From Nitrospirales bacterium (GTDB lineage: Bacteria; Nitrospirota; Nitrospiria; Nitrospirales; UBA8639), in contig OY729426.1 of NCBI GenBank assembly GCA_963422365.1, forward strand, positions 576,001 to 640,000: a stretch of DNA of 64,000 bases, given 5' to 3'. Shown here in pieces: positions 1-9,499 of the stretch; the stretch's first letter is position 1; each line of letters begins with the position of its first letter. The translations under genes were made by a program, and so were the position numbers. A model generated the notes under the pieces. The model was not told the origin of the DNA, made no database searches, and was given only the letters and a program-made list of their open reading frames with translations.

Positions 1-2
1 GG

Positions 3-362
3 CAACGCCCCACGGACCGTGACGTGAAGCGGGTGTTAGACCGCGTGGCAATTGGCGCCTTTGCCGACATGAAGGTTCACCACTATTCCGCTGGGATGAA
101 AAAACGGTTGGCATTGGCCAAAACCATGTTGGCGAAACCCAGACTCTTACTGCTGGACGAGCCATTTACCGCGCTCGATACGGCTGGGACTGAGATCCTG
201 CGAGAGTATGTTCGGGAACGACTCTCGGAAAATGGCACCGTGCTCCTTTCCACGCATGATCACGACAAAACGCGTCCCATTGTCAGTCGGGCCGGCATAC
301 TGCGGCAAGGGGCGTTACAGGAAATTGCCGCCGAGGCACTAAAGTCAGATGACCTCTTTTAA
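3..362 (+). CDS. ccmA: Heme ABC exporter ATP-binding subunit CcmA (5' truncated by window edge)
   Basis: ABC signature YSAGMKKR, Walker B LLLDEPF, H-loop STHD; overlaps ccmB start. Confidence 0.9.
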   Translation, partial: QRPTDRDVKRVLDRVAIGAFADMKVHHYSAGMKKRLALAKTMLAKPRLLLLDEPFTALDTAGTEILREYVRERLSENGTVLLSTHDHDKTRPIVSRAGILRQGALQEIAAEALKSDDLF

Positions 363-1026
363 TGTCATCCGCTGGATCATATGGAAGGATTTCGTCACCG
401 AGATGCGAAGCCGAGAGACGATCTCCTCTATGGTGTTTTTTGCCCTCATCGTGATCTTGATTTTCAGCTTTAGCTTTTCCATGGACCAGCAAGCCGCGCG
501 CGAAGTCATCGCGGGTATCATGTGGGTCGCCTTTGCGTTTACCGGTATGATCGGGTTAGGAAAGTCGTTTTCTACCGAGCTCCAGAATGATTGCCTGGAA
601 GCCTTGCAAATGGTGCCGGAGTCCAAGGGGGCTATCTACCTTGGAAAGGTCGCGGCGAATTTTGCCTTCATGTTCGTGGTAGAAATCATTTTATTTCCGA
701 TGTTTGTGATCCTTTTCAACTTGGAAGTCGTTGAAGAGATTCCGCTCCTTCTGTTAATATTTTTACTGGCAACTCTGGGACTGTCCGCCATAGGAACGCT
801 GTTTTCAGCTCTGACGGTGCAAATTCGGGCACGTGAAGTGATGCTCCCGATCCTACTCCTTCCCTTGGTGGTTCCCGTCATGATCGCTGCGGTCGAAGCC
901 ACAAAGGGAGCCCTCAATGGAGAGCCGCTGCCCCTGTACGGACAGTGGCTGGAACTCCTAGCCGTGTACGATGTGGTCTTTACGATCGCATCGTTTTGGA
1001 TGTTTGAATTCGTGATGGATTCATAA
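349..1026 (+). CDS. ccmB: Heme exporter membrane protein CcmB
   Basis: Multi-TM; WKDF..EMRSRE N-terminus, LLPILLLPLVVPVMIAAV-type motif; between ccmA and ccmC. Confidence 0.93.
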   Translation: MTSFNVIRWIIWKDFVTEMRSRETISSMVFFALIVILIFSFSFSMDQQAAREVIAGIMWVAFAFTGMIGLGKSFSTELQNDCLEALQMVPESKGAIYLGKVAANFAFMFVVEIILFPMFVILFNLEVVEEIPLLLLIFLLATLGLSAIGTLFSALTVQIRAREVMLPILLLPLVVPVMIAAVEATKGALNGEPLPLYGQWLELLAVYDVVFTIASFWMFEFVMDS

Positions 1027-1032
1027 GCCGCG

Positions 1033-1761
1033 ATGACCATTCATCGGGTTATCCGTACCGTACAACGGTTTCAAGGTTGGGTTGGAGGAGGAGCGGCCCT
1101 GTGTCTCGGTGTCGGGCTCTACCTCGGACTCATTGGTTCCCCGCCGGACTATTACCAAGGCGAAGTGGTGCGGATTATGTATATTCATGTCCCCCTCGCC
1201 CATACGTCCCTTCTTGGATATACCGTGTTGGCAATAGGAAGCCTGTGGTATTTGTGGAAACGAGACCCGATTGTCGACAACATGTGCCAAGCCGTGGCAG
1301 CCCTCAGTGCCACCTTTACCGCACTTGCGCTCTTGACCGGGATGATTTGGGGGAAACCCACGTGGGACACCTGGTGGACATGGGACGCTCGCCTGACCTC
1401 CTTTACGGTGTTATTATTGATTTTGTTTGGCTATCTCATGCTGCGAACCTTTGTTGATGATCCCGAGAAAGAAGCTCGCTATGGCGCCGTCCTAGCCATT
1501 ATCGGGTTCGTCGATCTCCCGATTATTCATTTTTCAGTGGAATGGTGGCGAACGCTGCACCAACCGCAATCTATTTCTATGCGTGGGGTAAGCATTTCTT
1601 CAGGCCTCTTGACGCCCTTGTTATTGATGAGCATCGGTATGTCCTTACTGTTCTCGTATATGGTCATGGTCCGCACGCAGTTACTCTATCTCGACCAATT
1701 GCTGCACGCGAAAAAAGGACGCCTCTTGAGCCAGTTTCACCTGTCGAAATCCGATTCATGA
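1033..1761 (+). CDS. ccmC: Heme exporter/cytochrome c assembly protein CcmC
   Basis: YIHVP, WWD motif WGKPTWDTWWTWDARLT, WWRTLHQ. Confidence 0.95.
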   Translation: MTIHRVIRTVQRFQGWVGGGAALCLGVGLYLGLIGSPPDYYQGEVVRIMYIHVPLAHTSLLGYTVLAIGSLWYLWKRDPIVDNMCQAVAALSATFTALALLTGMIWGKPTWDTWWTWDARLTSFTVLLLILFGYLMLRTFVDDPEKEARYGAVLAIIGFVDLPIIHFSVEWWRTLHQPQSISMRGVSISSGLLTPLLLMSIGMSLLFSYMVMVRTQLLYLDQLLHAKKGRLLSQFHLSKSDS

Positions 1762-2243
1762 CGAATTTGTATATCCGATGGGGCGGAGTGCTCATTGTCG
1801 CGATGGTGTTACTCGTTCTCACCTCTAAGCACTATCGAGACCACTTAGTCAGCATGGCCCCTCAACAGGTCAAACAGGAGGCACCCACGGGCGAAATCCG
1901 AGTATTGGGCATGGTGCAAAATGGAACGCTCACGGCGACCGGTAAAGCAGGAGAAGCCACCTTCACCCTGCTTGGCAATGGCACGTCTCTTCCGGTTCAC
2001 TATCAAGGCCCACCCCCCGATAATCTTCGGGAATTAAAAATCCTGGTCTTGATCGGGACCTGGAATGCTTCGACTCAGGTCTTCAAGGCCCGTGATATTG
2101 GAATAGTCCCGAACTATGGATTTATTGCCGGCGCCTACCTCATCGGCCTCTTGCCTTTGGCGATTTTTCTGTTTGCCATGAGTCGGCGCGTCAGCTTCTT
2201 GTATGAAGACATTAAAACCTCCAAACTGTACGAGGAAGAGTGA
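1758..2243 (+). CDS. CcmE-like OB-fold membrane protein with CcmD-like C-terminal TM segment
   Basis: ATG overlaps ccmC stop (ATGA); IRVLGMV..G, VHYQGPPPDNLRE resemble CcmE but no heme-binding His; C-terminal NYGFIAGAYLIG..RR helix. Confidence 0.7.
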   Translation: MTNLYIRWGGVLIVAMVLLVLTSKHYRDHLVSMAPQQVKQEAPTGEIRVLGMVQNGTLTATGKAGEATFTLLGNGTSLPVHYQGPPPDNLRELKILVLIGTWNASTQVFKARDIGIVPNYGFIAGAYLIGLLPLAIFLFAMSRRVSFLYEDIKTSKLYEEE

Positions 2244-2258
2244 CAAGGCACGAGAAAA

Positions 2259-2281
2259 AGGGAGAGGATTAAGGTGAGGGT
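2259..2281. repeat. REP-like element (GGGAGAGG..GGTGAGGG) upstream of DUF559
   Basis: Inverted counterpart of the CTCACCCTCTCCC-N-GGGAGAGGG hairpin at 2622-2658. Confidence 0.65.
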
Positions 2282-2282
2282 A

Positions 2283-2620
2283 ATGAATGCCCCATCAAAG
2301 GCACGAGACCTTCGGCGGCACTCAACTAATGCCGAACTGGTACTGTGGATGCATCTTCGAAACCTGCCAACTGGCAGGATGTAAGTTTCGCCGACAAGTG
2401 CCCATTGGCGAGGATATCGTTGACTTTGTTTGCTTCGAAAGAAAAGTGGTCATTGAGGTGGATGGCGGTCACCACCAAAAGCCTCAGTACGACACTGATC
2501 GGACGACCTGGCTAGAGTCTCAAGGCTTCCAGGTGGTGCGGTTTTGGAATCACGAAGTCCTGACCACTGACGTGGAAGCTATACAGGAGGAGCTTCTTGT
2601 GGCCTTGCGGAGAGATTCAT
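2283..2620 (+). pseudogene. DUF559/Vsr-like endonuclease, frameshifted
   Basis: Frame from ATG 2283 gives ARDLRRHSTNAELVLWMHLRN; after a frameshift near 2363 continues QLAGCKFRRQVPIG..IVDF..VIEVDGGHH..D..RT.WLESQGFQVVRFWN. Confidence 0.82.
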
Positions 2621-2621
2621 C

Positions 2622-2658
2622 TCTCCCTACTCACCCTCTCCCGTCAAGGGGAGAGGGT
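2622..2658. repeat. REP-like hairpin CCCTCTCCC-gtcaag-GGGAGAGGG downstream of DUF559
   Basis: Perfect stem seen directly; related copies near 5154-5192, 55141-55180, 55261-55308. Confidence 0.7.
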
Positions 2659-2676
2659 GAAAAGTGTGAAGCGAAA

Positions 2677-3132
2677 ATGATGTTAGAAAAGAAAAAGGTC
2701 GGAATGATGGTCAGCATCCTTTTGGTGGGCGGAGCCTTAGTGTACCTTGCCCTGGGGAATTTTAGTGAAAACGTGGTATACTTTTTTACCCCCTCTGAAG
2801 TGAAAGTTTTTTCCCCAGACTACTATCAGAAGAAGGTGCGCGTGGGTGGCATGGTCGTCGAAGGAAGCATGGAGACGTATCCTGATCGCCTCGGGTTGAC
2901 CTTTCAGTTGACTGATGGGGACGCCACGATTCCCGTGACCTTCGAGGGCATTCCACCGGATCTTTTCAAAGAAGGACAAGGCGCCGTGGTCGAAGGGTAT
3001 TGGACCGGCAAACATCGATTCCAATCCAACCTGATCATGGCCAAACATTCCGAAGACTACATGCCTATTGAATTAAAACGCGCGGGAGTCGAGCTGCCTC
3101 GCAAGGACTTCATGAAATCGTTGGTGGAATAA
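2677..3132 (+). CDS. ccmE: Heme chaperone CcmE
   Basis: N-terminal TM, YFFTPSE, RVGGMVVEGS, GIPPDLFKEGQGAVVEG, heme-binding AKHSEDY. Confidence 0.93.
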   Translation: MMLEKKKVGMMVSILLVGGALVYLALGNFSENVVYFFTPSEVKVFSPDYYQKKVRVGGMVVEGSMETYPDRLGLTFQLTDGDATIPVTFEGIPPDLFKEGQGAVVEGYWTGKHRFQSNLIMAKHSEDYMPIELKRAGVELPRKDFMKSLVE

Positions 3133-3166
3133 GGCCAAAACCACCACGCCCCGGTAAAAGAATCCC

Positions 3167-5116
3167 ATGATCATTGAAATCGGACAATTTTCCGTTGTCA
3201 TTGCCTTAGTCCTTTCCGTCTTCGGCATTGTCTCGTCCTGTCTGGCGCTCAAGACGCGCAATGCGGACTGGGTACGCGTGGGACGCATGGCCTTGACACT
3301 CATTTTTATTCTCCTGTCCCTGGGCATGGCCGCGTTGATCTATTCGTTCCTCGCTCGTGACTTTTCCGTCCACTACGTCGCAACCAATTCGAATTCACAA
3401 CTCCCCTTGTTTTATACCATCGCGGCGGTCTGGGGTGGCCATGAAGGCTCCCTGCTGTTGTGGGTCTTTATTCTGTCGGCGTTCAGTACGATTGCCGTCT
3501 GGCTCCATTGGCGAACCCAGCCAGCCATCATGCCGTACCTCATCGGCATGGAATGCCTGGTCATCTTGGGATTCCTTCTCTTGATTCTCTTTCTCTCGAG
3601 CCCCTTTGATCGACTGATCCCCGCCCCGCCGGATGGGAAGGATTTAAACCCGTTACTCCAAGACCCGGCCATGGTCATGCACCCTCCGATGTTGTACATG
3701 GGCTACGTCGGGTTTTCAATTCCCTTTTCCTTTGCCATGGCGGCGTTGTTCTCCGGTCGGCTGGGAGAAGAATGGATCAAAGTCACCCAACGGTGGACGA
3801 TTTTCGCATGGGTGTGCCTGACCACGGGCATTCTATTGGGTGGCTACTGGGCCTATTATGAATTGGGCTGGGGCGGCTACTGGGGATGGGACCCGGTGGA
3901 GAATGCCTCGTTTATGCCGTGGTTGGTTGGGACCGCCTTCCTGCATTCCGTGATGGTTCAGGAAAAGCGAAAGATGTTTAAAGTCTGGAATCTCTTCCTG
4001 ATTATCGTGACGTTTTCGCTTTCGTTGATTGGCACGTTCCTGGTTCGAAGCGGGGTCCTCACGTCAGTCCATACGTTTGCGACCGATCCGGAACGAGGGT
4101 TATACATCTTAATTTTTGTGACCACGATCATCGGTGTGGCCTTTGGTGCCTTAATGCTGAGAGCCCACAAGCTGAAAAGTCAGATCGAAATGGATTCCAT
4201 GGTGTCGCGGGAATTGGTGTTTCTCTTCAATAATTTATTTTTCTTGGTGGCGGCGGCTACCGTCTTTCTTGGCACCCTGTATCCGTTAATGATCGAAACC
4301 TGGAAAGGGGCGAAGGTCACCGTCGGACCTCCGTATTACAACACGGTGTTTATGCCGATCGCACTCGGGCTCTTGTTTTTGATGGGGGTCGGGCCCTACA
4401 TTCCATGGCGCAAGGCGTCCCAGGCCAGTTTAAAGAAAAATTTTCCAGTCCCCGTCGGCGTTGGAGTCGTGTCGACCATTGTGTTGTTCGCGTTAGGCAT
4501 TCACAGTGTCTTTGCGTTGGCCGGCGCGTTCGTCGTGGGCTTTTCCGGCGCCGCCATCTTTATCGACATTGGAAAAATTTCCTCGCTGTATGCTCGACGA
4601 GAGTCCGTCAACCCGCTAAAGGGTTTTCTGTCGGCTTTTACCGCCAACCAACGTCGCTACTCGGGTCTTGTGACCCATGTAGGCGTCCTGGTCTTGGTCA
4701 TCGGCATTATTTCGTCAACCGTGTATCAAACGGAAAAGGTGGTGTCGTTACGCGTAGGGGATGAGTTCGTCATCGATGACTATCGGGTGAAACTCGAGCG
4801 GATTCATACCGTAAGAGGAAAAAACTGGAGTGCGCAGGAAGGCGTGTTTGAACTGTATGAAGGCGACACGCTGCTCACCAAATTACGCCCTCAGAAGCGC
4901 GTGTACGATGCTTCGCAAACCCCGACGACCGAATCTGCCATTTACGCAAAAAACATGGGGCATATTTTTCTCACGATGCCGGATGTGTCCGCCGATGGGG
5001 TGGCGGTCGCTCGAGGCGTGATTAACCCACTGATCCTGTGGGTATGGGGCGGCGGCGGCATCATGGGACTCGGGGTCTTGCTCAATATTTTCCGACCACG
5101 AAGACGGGATGAATAA
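3167..5116 (+). CDS. ccmF: Heme lyase CcmF
   Basis: WGGHEGS, LNPLLQ, HPP, WAYYELGWGGYWGWDPVEN, SVHTF motifs; 649 aa. Confidence 0.97.
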   Translation: MIIEIGQFSVVIALVLSVFGIVSSCLALKTRNADWVRVGRMALTLIFILLSLGMAALIYSFLARDFSVHYVATNSNSQLPLFYTIAAVWGGHEGSLLLWVFILSAFSTIAVWLHWRTQPAIMPYLIGMECLVILGFLLLILFLSSPFDRLIPAPPDGKDLNPLLQDPAMVMHPPMLYMGYVGFSIPFSFAMAALFSGRLGEEWIKVTQRWTIFAWVCLTTGILLGGYWAYYELGWGGYWGWDPVENASFMPWLVGTAFLHSVMVQEKRKMFKVWNLFLIIVTFSLSLIGTFLVRSGVLTSVHTFATDPERGLYILIFVTTIIGVAFGALMLRAHKLKSQIEMDSMVSRELVFLFNNLFFLVAAATVFLGTLYPLMIETWKGAKVTVGPPYYNTVFMPIALGLLFLMGVGPYIPWRKASQASLKKNFPVPVGVGVVSTIVLFALGIHSVFALAGAFVVGFSGAAIFIDIGKISSLYARRESVNPLKGFLSAFTANQRRYSGLVTHVGVLVLVIGIISSTVYQTEKVVSLRVGDEFVIDDYRVKLERIHTVRGKNWSAQEGVFELYEGDTLLTKLRPQKRVYDASQTPTTESAIYAKNMGHIFLTMPDVSADGVAVARGVINPLILWVWGGGGIMGLGVLLNIFRPRRRDE

Positions 5117-5231
5117 TGTGCCCTTGTTCCTCTTCTCCTCACTCATGTGTCATCCCTCCCCTTTGTTAGGAGAGGCCAGGAGGAGTAGGGGATTTTTGCT
5201 TTCCAATTGCTCTTAGCCTTGTCGCTGTCTC

Positions 5232-5810
5232 ATGACTCGCACCACGCAGATCACCATTCTTGTCGTGCTCTTAGCCCTACTTTCTTTGTTTTACCAGGGG
5301 TTGTGGGGCGATCCACGGCATATCCCGCCGGTCCTGGTGGACACCCACGCTCCCGCATTCGAGGGTCCCAATGTGGAATCCGGCGAACTGTTGTCCTCCG
5401 AACGGTACAAAGGCAAAGTCATTGTCGTAAACTTTTGGGCTTCCTGGTGTCAGGAATGTAAGGTCGAGCATGAGAATCTGCTGAGACTGTACGAGGAATT
5501 TAAGGATCACCCCGAATTTGTGATGCTGGGGATCAACTACCAGGACGAGATACCCAAGGCTCGGGAGTATTTACAACGCTATGGGTCAAGTTTTCCGCAT
5601 ATTCAAGATGTCAAAGGCTCGTTAGCCATTGATTTTGGTGTCTACGGAGTGCCGGAAACGTTCGTCATCGACCAAGAAGGAATCATTCGCCATAAATGGA
5701 TCGGGCCGATCGTGGATCCTGTCTATACCGATCTTACGCAAAACGTTCTGACCCCATTATTACACGGCTCAGACAACCCCCTTCGACAGGGCTCAGGGCA
5801 GGCAACTTGA
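5232..5810 (+). CDS. ccmG: Thiol:disulfide oxidoreductase CcmG/DsbE (TlpA family)
   Basis: NFWASWCQEC, GVYGVPETF; N-terminal anchor. Confidence 0.9.
   Translation: MTRTTQITILVVLLALLSLFYQGLWGDPRHIPPVLVDTHAPAFEGPNVESGELLSSERYKGKVIVVNFWASWCQECKVEHENLLRLYEEFKDHPEFVMLGINYQDEIPKAREYLQRYGSSFPHIQDVKGSLAIDFGVYGVPETFVIDQEGIIRHKWIGPIVDPVYTDLTQNVLTPLLHGSDNPLRQGSGQAT
5779..5803 (+). repeat. REP-like element CCTTCGACAGGGCTCAGGGCAGGC inside ccmG 3' end
   Basis: Related sequences at 28606-28624 and 16828-16848. Confidence 0.65.
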
Positions 5811-6281
5811 ATGTTTCGTCTCTTCCCCATTCTGATCATTCTGTGTTTCGTCTCCCCCTTTGCAGGCATGGCCAAAGTCGTGGATGAATCAGAGATTGAT
5901 GAAAAAGTGCGCGACATTGCCAAAACGCTTCGATGCGCCGTGTGCCAGACCGAAAATATTTGGGAGTCGGGCGCACCTCTGGCCCATCAGATGCGGGAAG
6001 CCATTCGAGAACGCGTGATTCAAGGCCAATCCGCTGAGGACATTTTGGCTTATTTTCACAGCCGCTATGGCAATTACATCATGATGGAACCACCGAAACA
6101 GGGATTGAATTGGCTGATCTGGTTGGCCCCGTTTCTTTTGCTATTCGGCGGTAGCGCCTTATTATGGAGAGAAGTCAAAGGATGGGTGAGCAGAACCCCT
6201 GCGCCTCAGCCACAAACACCCCCCACGCTTGATGAAGCATCCCGACGACGAATCGAGCGAGCATTGCACCAGCATAAATGA
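5811..6281 (+). CDS. ccmH: Cytochrome c biogenesis protein CcmH
   Basis: LRCAVCQ motif, RYGNYI..PP, LIWLAP TM. Confidence 0.93.
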   Translation: MFRLFPILIILCFVSPFAGMAKVVDESEIDEKVRDIAKTLRCAVCQTENIWESGAPLAHQMREAIRERVIQGQSAEDILAYFHSRYGNYIMMEPPKQGLNWLIWLAPFLLLFGGSALLWREVKGWVSRTPAPQPQTPPTLDEASRRRIERALHQHK

Positions 6282-6333
6282 AATGACCTCTTGTTAGCCG
6301 TTCCACGCGCCAAACTGCCCTAAAAAAAGCTTC

Positions 6334-7254
6334 ATGTCGACCATCTTCCTCATTGTCTGTCTCACGATCCTCATCGTGGTAATTACAGGGATTTCTTCTC
6401 CTTTTTGGCGGAAGGACCCCACAACGTCAGGGCTGATTGGTCAGGAAGCCGAGGAAGATCAAGAACAGGCCGATCTCTCTGTCGAGCACGAGGTCCTTCT
6501 GCAATCACTCCAAGAACTCGACGTCGAATTGGCGCAAGGTCGGTTGGAACAAAAGGATTATGAGCGATTGAAAGCGACAGACGAACGGCGCTTGCTGGGA
6601 GTCTTGGATCGACTCGAAGCTCTTGCCTCAACCAGCCGCCTACCATCGTCATCCGACCAACCCAAGCAACCAGGAAGTGCCTGGGGCTCAGTGATCGCGG
6701 TCAGCCTAGTAGTGATCGTGTTGTCGATCGGGATCTATAGCTTTCTGCAATGGCGCACGATTAACCGGCTCGTGGAAATCCAAACCGAAATGGCTGACAA
6801 AATGCCGGATCCGCGAGAAATGGTCGCGCGATTGGAAGCCAGACTCAAAGAGAACCCCGATGACGTGCAAGGTCAGATGCTGGCCGGTCGCTCTTACATG
6901 GCCATGGACCGCTTCGATGAGGCGAAGAAAACCTATGAGAAAGTCTTAGAACTGGACCCTCGTAATCATGAAGCACATTACAATTTTGGCGTGATCATAA
7001 TCGAAGAACGAAAATTCGACGACCCTAAGGTCTTTGAGGCCGCGGTCAAGCATTTCGACATCGTGTTAGTCGATCGTCCCAACGAACCCGGGGTGAATTG
7101 GTATAAAGGGTTGGCCTTATGGTATTTGAAGCGGTATCGGGAAACCGAAGAATTTTGGGCCACCACCTATAACCATCTCGACCCCGGCAGCCAGGACGCC
7201 GAATTCGTCAAACAAGCCCTCGCCAAATTGCGTAACGGAGAGACGCCCTTTTAG
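6334..7254 (+). CDS. CcmI/CycH-like TPR protein
   Basis: Two TMs, L.ELD.EL..G.L...DY segment, MVARLEARLKENPDD, TPR repeats. Confidence 0.8.
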   Translation: MSTIFLIVCLTILIVVITGISSPFWRKDPTTSGLIGQEAEEDQEQADLSVEHEVLLQSLQELDVELAQGRLEQKDYERLKATDERRLLGVLDRLEALASTSRLPSSSDQPKQPGSAWGSVIAVSLVVIVLSIGIYSFLQWRTINRLVEIQTEMADKMPDPREMVARLEARLKENPDDVQGQMLAGRSYMAMDRFDEAKKTYEKVLELDPRNHEAHYNFGVIIIEERKFDDPKVFEAAVKHFDIVLVDRPNEPGVNWYKGLALWYLKRYRETEEFWATTYNHLDPGSQDAEFVKQALAKLRNGETPF

Positions 7255-7364
7255 GTTCGTCCAAATTTCAGATCCATAATCCGGCAAGCATTCCCTCCTT
7301 GAAGCAGTGCCTCCGCCAGTCGACACATGGCGAGCAAAGTCAGCTTGCCATGTGCGAGGCCAGA

Positions 7365-7835
7365 TTAAATCTTCGCCAGATACGAAGCGACGAGAAGGAC
7401 CGCGAGGGTCATCACGATGATGGTTTTTTGCAGAGTATCGGCACGGGCAGGGGCGGCTAGTGGTGAGGACGCCTGCGAGGTGTCTTGAGATGAAGGCGCA
7501 TACGGATCGATAATGAAGTCGTGAATGAGGAGAAGCCCAAAGGCTATGGCAAACAGGAACAACTTCAGCATCAACACCACACCCCAGGTGGTTTCTATGC
7601 GGGCGGATCCGCTTTCATTCAACATCTGATACGAGCCGGTCAGAATCAAGATAATGAGACTCACCCACGCGACGGTTCGAAAGCGTCGGCCAGACAGGCG
7701 TACGACTTCCCGAGATTTTGAATCGGATGGAGTATTCCGTGCCGCGGGAGTGAGCACAAATTGGGAAAACATCAATCCGCCGATGAGGGCGATGGAAGCG
7801 GCGAGATGAAGCCAGGTAATCAGGTAATCAGGCAT
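7365..7835 (-). CDS. CopD/DUF4149-like membrane protein
   Basis: WLHL...IGG, RRFR.VAW, WG..L.LKL, HDF; 4 TM. Confidence 0.7.
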   Translation of the reverse strand: MPDYLITWLHLAASIALIGGLMFSQFVLTPAARNTPSDSKSREVVRLSGRRFRTVAWVSLIILILTGSYQMLNESGSARIETTWGVVLMLKLFLFAIAFGLLLIHDFIIDPYAPSSQDTSQASSPLAAPARADTLQKTIIVMTLAVLLVASYLAKI

Positions 7836-8003
7836 AATCGCATGGAAGAAGCGTGTTCAACGGGAGGCAAGGTATTACCTACCAATGTTTTTGCCTTGGC
7901 AGCAACCCTATGACCCTGCATAACACGCATCTTCAAAAATTTTTCCGGTAGAATATGACCAGGCCCTATAAAAGGGAATCCGTGCCCTAAAGGAGATTCT
8001 CCG

Positions 8004-9348
8004 ATGAACCAACTCGCCACACTTCGCATGGCCGATCAAGCCATCATACTCCCCATCGCCACGAGAACCGAAGGTGAACAGGTGCTTGACGTCACAACAC
8101 TGCACGCCCAAACAGGACTCGCCACCTTTGACCCGTGGTACGTGAATACCGCCTCCTGTTCCAGCACCGTCACGTTTCTTGACAGAGACAAGGGATTCTT
8201 CGATATCGCGGCATTCCCATTGAGCAACTGGCCGAACATTCGAATTTTTTGGAGACCGCCTACCTTCTGATTGATGGAAGGCTACCCACCCAATACGAGT
8301 ATCAGATATTGACGAACGCCATCACCCGGCACACGCTGCTGCACGAAGACGTGAAACGTTTTTACGATGGGTTCCCTAAAGATGCGCACCCCATGTCCAT
8401 TCTGTCGGCTGTGACCGGCGCGCTTTCGATGTTTTATCAAGACAGCCACAACCCGACCGATCCTCAACAAGTCGAGTTCTCCACTCACCGTCTTCTTGTC
8501 AAAATCCCAACCATCGCCGCCTATTCCTATAAGAAGTCGATCGGGCAGCCCTTTGTCTATCCCGATAATGCGTTGGACTATTGTTCCAATTTTCTCCGCA
8601 TGATGTTTTCGGTTCCCTCCGAGCCATACACGGTGAATCCCATTGTGGCCAAAGCGTCGGACCTGTTGTTCATCCTCCATGCCGATCATGAGCAAAATTG
8701 CTCAACGTCCACGGTACGTCTCGTCGGATCGTCGCATGCGAATCTCTTTGCTTCCGTGTCTGCCGGCATCTATGCGTCGTGGGGACGACATGGCGGTGCG
8801 AATCAACAAGTGATGGAGATGCTCGAAACCATTCATGCCGACGGAGACAATGTGCGGAAAGATATCGATCTGGCCAAGGATCGGACCCATCCCTTCCGCC
8901 TTGCAGGGTTCGGCCACCGCGTCTACAAACACGATGACCCTCGGGCCAAAATGTTAAAACCGGCCTGCGAGCACATTCTGGCCACCTTCGGCATTCAGGA
9001 TCTGTTGCTCGAAATCGCCAAAATCTCGAAGAGATTGCTCTCAAGGATGACTTTTTCGTCTTAAACAAATTGTATCCGAACGTCGATTTTTACAGCGGGA
9101 TGATGTACAAAGCGATCGGGTTTCCCGTGAATATGTTCACGGTCTTGTTTGCGATTGGCCGATTACCGGGATGGACTGCCCATTGGCAGGAAATGATGCA
9201 GGAACCCTCTGTCAAAATCGGCAGGCCTCGTCAATTGTATACCGGCCCTTCCTTCACCGACTATGTGCCCATGGATCGAAGAAATGACGAAACCGCCCAT
9301 GCCGGGAAGGCTCGCATGAAAGACGAGGCACATCTCCACCCCTTGTAA
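8004..9348 (+). pseudogene. gltA: Citrate synthase, frameshifted
   Basis: Three consecutive ORF pieces with [46 protein letters not shown]; frameshifts near 8190 and 9020. Confidence 0.9.
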
Positions 9349-9499
9349 GAAGCGGTGAGGTGGGTAGAGCCGCGAGCAGAAAGCGCACATCATAGGCCAT
9401 TGAGACGGCATCCCTGTTCGGGGACTTGCCTTATGCCGCCAACAGCAGGCGCCATGAGATGGCGCAGCCACAAAAGAGACGGGGTAGAGGGCACCATCC

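Noticed and set aside
2287..3132. Apparent 281-aa DUF559-CcmE fusion protein
   Set aside because: The DUF559 part is frameshifted and the linker is a REP hairpin; CcmE needs its N-terminal TM and has its own ATG at 2677/2680
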